DNA of 64,000 bases from assembly GCA_051294375.1 (NCBI GenBank), contig CM119263.1, positions 8,498,908 to 8,562,907 on the forward strand, read 5' to 3'. A model generated the notes under the pieces. The model ran no database searches and had not been told where the DNA came from. It saw only the letters and a list, made by a program, of their open reading frames with translations. A program made the position numbers and the translations under genes. Source of the DNA: Paraspadella gotoi. Taxonomy: Eukaryota; Animalia; Chaetognatha. Positions 1 to 11,194 of this stretch are shown here, piece by piece; position 1 is the first letter of the stretch; each line of letters opens with the position of its first letter.

Positions 1-59
1 CCTCTCCCTCCTCCTGTAGCCGTCGTTTTAGAGAGAAAATAATACAATTAAATTGTTTT

Positions 60-144
60 ATATGTGTGCATTAGTACAATGTTGTTCATTCCTCACTTTT
101 AGAATTTTAATTAAAATTGAATTTAGAATTTTTACTACGCTTTA
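60..144 (-). mobile_element. End fragment of the hAT-type MITE family also found at 11719-12059
   Basis: Diverged reverse complement of the MITE left end (taaggcgtagtaaaatt...ctaaaagtga...gaacgacatt.tactaatg); ends actacgcttta and is followed by ctggacaa. Confidence 0.6.
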
Positions 145-160
145 CTGGACAAGATAACAT

Positions 161-520
161 AGCAGGAGTTTAGCAGGACCCTGCAAACTTCCAATCAAGA
201 CTCTCACAGTCTAGTTTATTCTCTCCTGGAGTACCTGGTTTCACTATCAATAAAGTGGTATAATATTTCAAAAAAAATTGTATAAAAGGACTACTTCCTT
301 CAATATTAGATCGTAGATATTAGAAGTACATACTAGTAGAAAATAAAAAAAATAGTTTATCTAGTATTTTATCGACAACACTCTTCTATAATATATAATA
401 TTATATATCGTATTAAAGGAAATTAGCTTTCCAATAAGTTTATTCAATATATATGAAATTGGTACAACCAATATAAAAATTATCCATTCATTTAATAAAT
501 AAGCTATCTTGCCCCTGACT
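161..520 (-). repeat. Dispersed interspersed repeat, family A (non-autonomous TE, class unresolved)
   Basis: 161-305 and 450-520 are reverse-complement matches to 15150-15412; related to 50640-50830 and to a fragment at 25410-25437. Confidence 0.75.
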
Positions 521-577
521 TTATATGAAACTTTATATGAAATTTATGTAGGCTTGGAACCATCTTATTGTCTGCAG

Positions 578-1030
578 GCCAAAGAAGAATTCGAAACCGG
601 CGCGACATCTTCGATTGCCCAGTCAATCGACCTCACGAAGCCCCTCAGTGTCGTGAGCAACGTCGGCGCCTATCACGGACGAAAGGAGTTCTCGTGGGGC
701 AAAATCCGCTCTATGCACTACACGGGAGTACTGGTCAACTTTCTGTTGTTGTTGCAGGTATTCAGATTGCTGAGAACGATATTTCCAGATGTTTTTCAAA
801 ATGTCAGAATGTCAATAAAGAATTTTCCCCTGATAAACATGTCCAATAAATTTAAATCCCAGAGCACGGACATCATGACCTACGACGTGATCTCTATCGC
901 TGGGGACAACAACGAATCGACAGCGAGAAAGTCTTTGGAAGTCGTTGTCGACCTGATGGAGAACGCGGACAAGCACGGCGATGACGTGGATCTGCGGTCT
1001 GTTTTTCGTCGACACGATATAATGGCCTAA
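578..1030 (+). CDS. Last two coding exons (578-757, 863-1030) of an unidentified gene starting left of the window
   Basis: tctgcag acceptor, GC-rich coding-like codons, cag|gtattc donor, cccag acceptor, phase 0, TAA at 1028-1030. Peptide AKEEFETG...FLLLLQ/STDIMTYD...RRHDIMA. Faint resemblance to the helical C-terminus of methylthioribose-kinase-like proteins, not verified. Confidence 0.7.
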   Translation, partial: AKEEFETGATSSIAQSIDLTKPLSVVSNVGAYHGRKEFSWGKIRSMHYTGVLVNFLLLLQVFRLLRTIFPDVFQNVRMSIKNFPLINMSNKFKSQSTDIMTYDVISIAGDNNESTARKSLEVVVDLMENADKHGDDVDLRSVFRRHDIMA

Positions 1031-1172
1031 ACGAAGACTTTTTCATGTCTGTTAGTGCCACTTTCTAGCTAATGGGAATGTTTTGTTTAATAGGGTCTCT
1101 TTTCCCTTTGTGCACGTAAAAACAAGTGAAAAAATAGATTTTAATTTGACTGCATAATTTGTATTTTTAATT

Positions 1173-1345
1173 GTAAGTCACGAAACCAAAATCGACTATT
1201 TTTCTTTACAAGATGAAACAAGCGAGTTATTAGTTTACAGAATGGCATTAGTAATCTATGACAAGCATCACGCAAGGTTGAGTCTAGAAATATATTAAAA
1301 CGAATCACACTTTAATTTAAATATCATATTTTTCTGTCCGTTAAA
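1173..1345 (+). repeat. Diverged direct copy of the AMBRA1 3' UTR/flank (5881-6050)
   Basis: Both loci read gtaagtcacg...cgactattttt...gcattagtaatct.tgacaagcatcacgcaaggttgag.ctagaa...taaaacgaatcacactt.aatttaaaat. Confidence 0.9.
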
Positions 1346-1961
1346 AAACTCATATTAAAGATGTGTCAGAAGAGAGATAGAGAGAGTAGTAGAGCGTTGT
1401 TCATAATTGACTTTTTTAATTTTTAAAGACTTAAAAATAATCCATTCCTTGCTCTTAAACTTGCAAAGTGAATGTTCGATAATTAAAATTATTTTTAATG
1501 CAGTTTAAAACAAGGACTTTTTAAAATAAATGTTTGAAGGGAATTTGGATAATTTTCTGCTGAATTCCGTGAGCTTTCATCAATTTCGACTGTATCTCTC
1601 GCTTCCAACAATGGTTTGAAAAAGGACAGGAGTAAGTCTGTAAGAGCTGAAGGTGGGCACAGGTAATAATGAGTGTTGTAAAGGGAAAAGAAATGAAAAG
1701 TTCAGTTAAGTATGATTGGATTGATTAAACAATGTCCAAATAATTCAGACATTTGGATGTTGATTGTAGAATAAACATCTGTTGAAAGTAACAATAAGCT
1801 GAGTAAATTAAATTTAGTTAAAAGTTTAGTAAAATTAATGTTTTAAACGTCATTAAAAATAATTTTTATTTTCTTATAACAAATTAAACGAAAGAGAGAA
1901 TCAAAAGACTGCCAACCACAAAATAAAACCAAATAAAATCAAAAACAAAAAAAAAAGGAAA

Positions 1962-4067
1962 ATGATTCGTCTTCGTTGTTGGTTTGCTCGCTTCCTTCTT
2001 CGCTTACCGATTGTTGTCTGGTTTTCTGTGGTCGTCCTCGTCGTTCTGCTTTGTCCTGTCGGGAGAAGAAACGGTGAGGGTTTGTATTAAGTAAGCTCTG
2101 AACATTGTGAACAATGTGAGTGAACAATGTAAGACTTTTGAGTTCTCATTTTTGAACAATCAACTGTAACTGAAGGAGCGACAAAATAATAATAATAATA
2201 ATAAAAATAAATATCGTTTGGAAATTTAGAATATTAGAAATCATACGTACTTTGAATTGATTTAACAGTGGACACTTCAACACAACCAACATAAAAATTA
2301 CCCTTTCGTTCAATGAAAAATGTCTTGCCTCCATGCTGCAGTTAATTAAGGATTTATGGCAATGTGTAATGCTTTGGAAGTGAGGCATCTCCCGACAGCT
2401 GGCGCTCAGGTTTTCGGACCTGCATTTACCGCCCCATGTCACTGGCGTGCTTATAACGGCACAATCACACTTAACGAGCGTGACCGCAAGGGGACCCCAT
2501 GGGGAGTGAAGCCGGAACTCACGGTTGGTCAATTTCTTAGCTGTCCAAGCTAATTGGACGAGCTGAGTTTTACCAAGCTAAACGGGAGGCGAATTTAAAA
2601 ATCCCTTCAGCTTATAATTTGTATTTGATCTTTCTCTTTTGTTGTTTTTTATAAGCTTAAAGAATTAACGAAAATTTCGTTTTAACACATTACATGGTTG
2701 TTAAAACGAAATTTTCGTTAATTCTTTAAGCTTATAATTTAAAAATAAAACACCTTAACACATTCGTTGAGTTTGCGTTCAAAAATGAACATGAGCTAAT
2801 AGTGTGGATGTCGGAATTTGGCCCCAATGTTTAGTTGTTTACCCGATATTTCCGTCACCACTATCCCACTATTCTTATAGCGCCATCTTTCAAAATCCCT
2901 CTCGTCTCGACGCCCGGTTGCGTCATTTACGAAGAGGACGCCTTCGACGCGACGCTTGACGAGACGCGCGACTTTCGTCCGCCGACGATTTGCGACAACG
3001 TCGCCGACCGCGTCGTCCTGAACGATGAGATGACGTTTTGGGTGGACGCGGACGCAGCGAGACGGAGGGGCGTGTCCCGATGCGGATATATACCCGTAGT
3101 AAAGGGGATAAACGTGAGTGAGGGACGTTATGCTTTTTTCCTTTTTCCTTTCCTTTCTTTCCTTTCTTTCCCTTTTGCTTGATTTCTTTTCTTCCATTTT
3201 TCTGTTTTTTCATTCTTTCTTTCATCCTTTTTCTGTCTTCGTTTCTCTCTCTTCCTTCCTTTCTTTTTTTTTCGCTTTCATTTTTCATTCTTTCTTTTTT
3301 ACTTTCCTTTTTTCTTTTTTTCCTTTTTTTATTATATTCTATTTTATTTCATTTTTAATTCTCTTTTTTTTCTTTCCCTGTTTTTCTTGCTCTCTTTGAT
3401 TTTCTTTTGTTTTTTCTTATCTTTATTTTATTTTACTTTCGTCTCTCATTTTTATTTCTTATTTTATTTATTTTTCCTTCTTACTTTCTTTCTTTCTTTC
3501 TCTCTTTAATGCAGCAACCAACTGTCTCCCCGACAATCTTTTTCAGCCAAATTCAATGAAGCCTTACAAATTGAGGTTCGGTCAAAAGGTGTTGCCCGGA
3601 GCGTCGCTCGTGATTGTCCGATGTTACATAAAGGACGCTAATTTTACAGACATCGTTTGGTTTAAGTGAGTAAGAAAAATCATCACGTTAGGACAATTAA
3701 AATTTAAAACAAAGAAAAAAAAAGTTAAAATATATTTTTTGCTTTCACTTTTTTTCTTCTGATAACTTTCGATTTTATTACATTTTTTTTTAAGTTCCGA
3801 CTACAATTCAAAATTCACACTACATTTTGCTAAGTATACATTGCTAAGTATACCTTTGATACAACCCAGTCCCGCTAATTCTCTTGCAAGGTATCGCGAC
3901 TCTAAACTCGCTGCGATCAAAGAAAAAACGAAGAAAAAAAGAAATAGAGAGCGTGGCATCGACCCGCCCGCCTCCAAGCCCCCGTCCCCGCCATTCAACA
4001 TTCACGTGATCGTTATGGACAGCGTCTCTCGTCTCAACTCCATTAGAAGTTTGCCTTTGACTCGCAA
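1962..4067 (+). pseudogene. DUF229-family type II membrane protein, 5' fragment only (4 exons)
   Basis: Exons 1962-2073 (MIRLRCW...VVWFSVVVLVVLLC signal anchor), 2881-3113/3117, 3515/3547-3665, 3795/3849-4067, with compatible phases. Ends FNIHVIVMDSVSRLNSIRSLPLTRK, matching the DUF229 DSxSRLNxxRxxPxT motif. No downstream exons found before the convergent AMBRA1 end. Confidence 0.7.
2649..2737. repeat. Perfect inverted repeat, 39-bp arms, 11-nt spacer
   Basis: ttataagcttaaagaattaacgaaaatttcgttttaaca and its exact reverse complement at 2699-2737. Confidence 0.95.
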
Positions 4068-4194
4068 GTGAGTTCTGTCCGTCCATCCGTTCGTTATTCA
4101 TTTATCAGTCGACCCGTTAGTCTCTGGGGATCATGTAATGTTTAAAGGATTCTACATGTATGTCTTTCGTTGCATAAAAAATCAAGTTTTGTTT

Positions 4195-4560
4195 TTTTTT
4201 ATTCGCGGTGCAACTCAATAATTCACTTTTTGGTCGGAAAGTTGTGTGGTCTGTCAGTCCGTGTCTATCCCACTTAAGTTAAGTAATAAGTTAAGTAATA
4301 CTGCATCAAATAAGTTAACATTTTGTTGGAAGGTAAGGTACTAAAAGATCTTTTATGTGCAATTGTGTCTGTCTATCTGTCCGTCCATCCGTCCATCCGT
4401 CCCACCTTAGCAAAAAACGCCAATTACTCGTGATTGGATGGATGGATTGGAATGAAATTTTGTGTGTGGGTAGGGAAGTGTGTGATTGAGGTGTATATGA
4501 TACGATTCCTTCGAAACTTGAAACTAGACAAAAGGTAGTGATCAATCTTTTCTTCAAACA
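4195..4560 (-). mobile_element. Helentron-associated (HINE/DINE-1-like) element fragments
   Basis: 4195-4280 is a reverse-complement match to 22130-22215; (gtcc/gtct)n microsatellite followed by tgaaattttg, typical of HINEs. Confidence 0.55.
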
Positions 4561-6053
4561 AATTTGAATTTAAAAAAATTATAAATCAAATCATCAGCAT
4601 CTGTAACTTCTCTAGTTAATCAGATAAAGAATTTATACCTTGTGGGACTATTAGAACTTAGAAGGTCTTAAAAGGAAGACCCAGTTAAAATATATTTCTC
4701 GCAAAAGCCGAAGCTGCCTACCAAGCAATACTTTACATTTTTATATCTGAAAAGAAACTGAAGCTGGAATAAGTGTTCCTAAAGACGGAAAGGGCTACGA
4801 TTTGCAACGATAATATCCAAAGGGACAGGCCTCATCTGAGTTGGCGCCGGCCGTCTGCTGTTTAGGTATCTCGCGTAAATTAAATTATATTATTTTCACC
4901 GAATCAGTAGTTTCAATCAACTCTCTTTCCTCCCAATTTTACTATGCCATCATCCGGTTGCAATTGGAGCGGCGCGTGTTGCCACATGTGCGACGTCAAA
5001 TGTAACGTTTACCAACGAGGGTCATTCAATAAGGCTGTCCTGATCTGAAGACTTGTTTATGAAGCAGCAAATGTCGAAAATTTAACCACCAAGTTAACCA
5101 AAAAAAGCCTGCAAACGAATCGTAAACATGGTGACGGACAACATTCTCTTTGATGACATCATTGAATATCTTCATTTCGGAGATATTTCAACACACAAAT
5201 CCCCAATGCAAAAATGTCAGCAAACGTTGGAATTTAGTTCAGTCAAGTCACTCTTCAAACCAAACAATTCTGCCAAAGTGTCAAAATAAATATCCAGAAC
5301 ACACTAAGACATAGTAGTTACCTGATTGGTATCATTGATGTCTCATTCTACATATTACTTTTTTTTTTGCTTTGGTTTTTTACACTACGTTTTCTGGCCG
5401 TTCACGTAACTTTTCATAGTCTTGTCGGGTTCGGGGTCAAAAAGTTCAAATGTTTTAAAGGAACATTACCAAATACGTACAATTTTAAATTTTGTTTTTA
5501 CGTCCAACGTATGTCTTTAAGCCGCTTAATTGCGAGCTCAGGTCCGTTGTATCATTTATCAATGTCATTGACAAACCGTTAAAAATTTCAGAATGAGTTG
5601 TCGACACGGTGGTATTACGACTTAAACGAAGTCTTTTCTATGCCTATTACTGAAAGTATTAATGTAACATTGTAGCTAAGGGTAGTAATGGTTTTGTTAA
5701 TAGTAGCTCTGTTCCCTTCATTCTTGGGGTTTAAATTAAAAAATGTGTATTCGAATTTGATTGCATAATTTGTATTGATAATTGTTAGAAGTATCACAAA
5801 AAGCTACAAAATGAAATAACTAGTTAACATAAGAAATGAATATTACATTTTAAAGAGCATCTAAAACAATCTAAAGAAATGTAAGTCACGGAACAAAAAG
5901 CGACTATTTTTTTACAAAATAAATTGGCAAGTTATTAATTTACATAATAGCATTAGTAATCTTTGACAAGCATCACGCAAGGTTGAGACTAGAACTATTT
6001 TAAAACGAATCACACTTGAATTTAAAATTATATGTTTCCGTCCTTGAGAAAAT

Positions 6054-9000
6054 TCAAACTTCGTCAGGATGTTGGGTCGAAGTAGATGTCGTCGCCGGCG
6101 TCGTTTGTGTTGCGACCGACGACGACGCAGTGGACGCTACGGTTAGCGCCACCGAGGTAGTGGCAGATGACGGAAACTGTGCATCTATAGATAGAGAAGC
6201 AGGCGATTCTGCCGAGGTATGATAAGATGTCATAGAGGATATCGTTGTTTCCTCTTCGGGCGTGCTCGTCGCCTCGACCATTTCCATATTCTCGTCGACC
6301 ATGGGCGCTTCAGAATTTTTCAGTTCCGCGTCCTGATTTTGCGGTGCCGATGAACCGGCGAGGTCCCCTGCCGCGCTGTTTTGAGGAGCAGATGAAAACC
6401 GATGTCGTTGGCGGCGCGAGTCCGGGACGGCGGAGGCGAAGGATGTGGAGGTGAAGGCAAAGTTGGAAGAGGTCGTGGTAGAGGGAAAGGAGGAAAAAGA
6501 CGGGGTGAATGTTGTTGTGGAAGAAAACGTGGAGGCGGATGAGGTGGAAGAGGAAGTGACATTAGAGGCTAAGGCCAAAGGACGGTGATGTTCCAATAAC
6601 TGCGAATTCATTAGGTTAAAATAATTTTAATTACTCACTTAATACAACATTTCAATCGCACATTTCAATGGCACTTTTCATTTTTTAAATTTTCTTCGAC
6701 CTATCTTAATGTTATGATCGACTCACTTCCTGGTTGTCTTGAATGAAGGCCTGCAGCCTACGATTGTGTCTGCGGATTTCCTGCAGAAGCCTGGCGCGAA
6801 GATCCTCATCGACGGCGTCTATCCGACGGTCGGTCATTGAATCCGGTCGTCCACTGAAAGAGCACAATGAAAAAATAGGCGGTGATGAGAAGGGGACGCG
6901 GGCATCGCTGGAGCCGCGATGGGGTTAAAAACGAAAAGTTGCCCCCAATTTTTTTTTCTTTCAGCGGGCCAACGGAAAATATTCAATTAAAAAACCATAG
7001 GTTTCACTCGTTCTTACCCAAGCGATCTTGACTCCAACCACCGTCTTCCTTCCGCTCTGGACGATCTCTCTTCGTCGAAAGACGACGATCGAATCGGACG
7101 AGACCGCGACGAAGATGTTGAGGGAGACGACCACAACGGACTCCCCACCTCAGGATTCCAGGGCATCCATGACGGCATCGATGACGGCGTTAAGAGGGCG
7201 CCGCCAACACGGGGCGCCGCTCTAAGGAAAGTTACAAAAAAAATCACCGCAATAAGCCTTTCGACCTGGAACGCTTCGTCCCAGAATAAAAACTGACCTA
7301 TGCTCCCCATGTCTTCTGTTTTCCCTCATCGTTGGGGACAACTCGTATGAGGGTCGCTCTCCGCGCCTATTGAACAGTGATACTTCGCCGTTGTCGTCAT
7401 TACGATTAACAATACCGAACTCGTCATCTCCGTCCGATTGGTTCTGTGATTTGAGTTAAGAACAGGTTAAATTCAAAACTTTGTAAGCCATGTATTATAA
7501 GCTCAACTCTTTTCTCGGGTAAATCTATAACCTCCAATCGCCAAGGCTCCATGACCTGGAGTCCTACGAAGCGGGTGAGCTCGGCGCGCCGTCGATTTTC
7601 TCGATGCCGACGTCTTCTGACGGCACCGCGACCGAACCGTCCGATTAGGGTCGTCTGGGTCTGCCCCGAGGGAGGGTCGGCCACAATAGCCGGGGCCGAC
7701 GGAGGACCGTCGTCGGGGGGAGGAGCGTTGTTGTTGGGAGGGGCTACTAAGTCGTCGTCATCGCCTCGGTGGTCGCCGCCGCCGCCGCCGCCGCCACCGC
7801 CGTGATCATCATGGCCGCCGCCTTCGTTGTTGTCGGCACTGATGGCCGAAAAATAAGGAGATAAATGGACGAGGGGGAAAATGTCGTAATAAAGAGAAGG
7901 CGAGAAAAAGATTACTCATTTTATTAATAATAGTAATAGTAGCTAAGAATATTTTGATTGAGAAATGTAGTACATATAAGAAAAGACTTTTAAAACAACA
8001 CCTCCAATCTTCTTCCGTCTCTCGGGGTTCTTCTCCCCGCAGTCGACATATCTGCAAGTGTCCCTTGTTGGTCCCATAAACCAGACCCTGTGCAGGCTCC
8101 GGGAGGAAGGCGACAGAGTTGGGGTTTACTTGGGGGCGGTGGCCACCGACGCCCTCCTAGTGAAAAAATCGTTAGTTTTGTTTCAAGCCTTTATACAAAC
8201 AAAAATGCTCCCCCTGTTCACTGAACAATGTTCAGTAACCTGATCAACGAAGGTGGACGGGTGAAGAACCTCAGCAACGAGAACGGTGTCCTGATCGTAC
8301 GGTTCGGTGCCATCGAGAGCTTCGCGTCTGAGGTCGTAAATATGGCCCATCAACTAGAAAGAATGAATTGTATTACTTTTGCACGTATGAGAGTAAAATT
8401 TTTTCATTCATGAAATTATTATATGCAGAAATAAAAAGCAACAACTTTAAATGAGTGAAATATCTTCGGGAGGCCCGGGTTCGATTTACGAACTGTAAGG
8501 TCACAAGTACAATTAATCTGCAGTCTGGGATGCCCCACTTGGAGTCAGAGTGAAACTGGTCCGGAGAACTCGTCGGCTTCAGTGCATAACATCTGCGCTT
8601 CCAGTATTGCTGTGTTAAAATCATTGGCGCCATTGGTGGTATATGAGGGGGAAACAAGACGTGTAAGAGTAAACTGGGACAAGGAAACATAACCTATTGT
8701 CCATAACAGGAATATAGATAATGAATGAGACTGAGATGAGCCTTTGAGAAAGAACAGTAAAATCATATCTAAAGCATAAGTTAGGGCCTAACAACTTAAT
8801 GAAAAAAAGTGGGAAGAAATGAGTGAAAACGTGAAATCGACATAAAAATTAAGGGATCGAAAATCGCCGGCGAAGCGGTTGATCGACGGGACAAACAAGT
8901 GACGAACGGAACAAAGCCACTAAAGACGGGAAAAACCGGGCCACAGTTGAGAAAAGTCAACATGGAGGCAAAGCGAAGAGTTGAAGCTGGAGAAGGAGAA

Positions 9001-9106
9001 AAAGACGAGAGCAGAATCAACAGGAAGTCGGAAAGTAAAGATTTTTCCATTATAAAAATAAACCGTACTGAAGCGATAAAGCATCGTTTCACGTTTACGA
9101 TGAGCT

Positions 9107-9164
<58 letters not shown>

Positions 9165-11163
9165 TATTTTAATTATACGTTTAAACTTATTAAATTTAAA
9201 ACTAGCTAATTGTTTCAAAGACCAATAAATGTAAAATTACACCTCTGTTTTTCTGCTCCTCACGGAGTCTTCTTGTCGTCGTGACAACCTGGATTTCTCA
9301 GCGGAACAAAACGAGCGACTGGGTCTTCTTTGTCGTCGTCGTCGTCCCAAGTCCTGGGAAAGCGACAGACGAGTCGCGCACTTCAGTGATTTTTCGGGTT
9401 TACCGCAATGATGAGAACGAAAACTCACAGGCGAAGACAGCCGCATAACATTTTGATTTAGGATAAAATAAAAGTGTTCTGTGTACAATGCACATTGTAC
9501 AGTAGAGTGGAGCACTGGGAAACAGAAATTTTATTTGAGTGAACAAAAAAGGTTTTAAGACGTGAGATAATATGATTAAGGAGTACGAAAAATATTTTGC
9601 TTATATTTTTTGGGGAACAGTATCATTAATTATAATATATTCATAGTAATATCCTTATAAAATCATAAATTTTTAAAATAATTTAAAAAAAAAAATTATT
9701 AAAGATTCTGATTCTTTATAAAAAGTTAGATCAAAAACATAAAATATGTTATTAAAAATTTCAATATCTACAGCGTCAAAAATGGAAAAAAAAGTAAAAT
9801 TCTCCACTTTTTTATGCTTTGTAATAAAAACTATTATACGATGAAAAGTTTTGGTCATTTTTCACAGCTTTAACCTAAAAATAATAAAAATATTATGTAG
9901 CATATTTTACAAAAGTTTTTCACTTTTTTGGCGAATCCAAAACTTCTTAATTTAAAAAAATATGATTTTTAAATTTTATGATTTTATAATGATATTACTA
10001 TAAAAAATTTTTTTTTTTTTGAAAAAGGGCTTAATTATTTTTTATTACATATACAAAGGCAGCAAAAAAAGCTCAATTTTTTCATCACTCCACCCTATTG
10101 TACAGTGTATCGTGAGCCTTGATGACAGGGAATTCACGTAAAATATGGTTGATATAGATACAATGCAAACAAAGACTGTAAACCTTCCGGAAGATGTGGG
10201 GTCTGGGTAAAAACTAATCAGAGAAAATATTTAAACCTTTTTGATGTGAAAAGCAATTTTTTCAATGAAATCTATAATCATTAATCGCCCCCCTTTTCAC
10301 GTTTTATTGAGGGACGAGTTAAAGAAGAGAGTTTTACAAGGGGACCCCTCTTTACTGTCTCTTCTGTCCACGTCGCACTCACTCACTCACTCTCTCTCTC
10401 TCTCTCTCTCTGCCACCTGACTCTCGCGTTAACTCTCTCGTCTTTATTTCGATTTAGAATATAAACGAATCAGATTTTTTTTCCCCAAAATGATTTTCGA
10501 AGAATTCGACAACAAAAAGACTTGGAAAGAAAAATCGACTTTTCGAGAGAAAAAAAATTTCAATGCAATATAATTTTTGTTACGATTTCTCTTTGAAGTA
10601 AAAAGTTTTATCTTAAAACTCGACCGATCATTCAGGAAAACTTGATACATAGATGCATTTTAATTTAAAGTAAGATACAACTTTCGCCATAATATTTAAA
10701 TCTAAACTTTATTTCAACCATTCCTCAACGCATTTTAAAACCGAAAAAAGCCTGACATTTTCGGAAATGAGGAAGGACCAACACGAAATTCCGCTCCGTG
10801 GATTTTCGACTACATTTTTTCTTTTTACGATTTTTCAAACGAGTCAAATCCTGAACGCTTCATAAGCAACCACGTTGTATCAATGAATCCATATGCGTAC
10901 CTCGTGTAATTAAAATAATATAATTAAAGGTCCCGGAGACCTTCAAAGTGGCACCCGCCCGCTCCCTGCCACTGCTTATCAATATTTTTTTGTTTAATAA
11001 GCAAACAGCGGAATCAATCGCTCTCTCTCTCTCTCTCTCTCTCTCATCTGTGTAGTGGTTTTATATTTTTGTCGAAAAAAAAAAGAAATCAGCCAAAAAT
11101 CAGCAACTTATTCTGCGAGTACGTAAAAAAAATTACTAAAAAAAAATATCTCACATAGTACTA

Positions 11164-11194
<31 letters not shown>

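Noticed and set aside
5100-5345. Minus-strand spliced-looking fragment (TKFQRLLTFLHWGFV) as a transposase or gene remnant
   Set aside because: Stops in all frames and resemblance too weak to assign by eye
8520-8770. Extra AMBRA1 exons in intron 22
   Set aside because: Exons 22 and 23 already join in frame and match AMBRA1; these segments add stops or unrelated sequence
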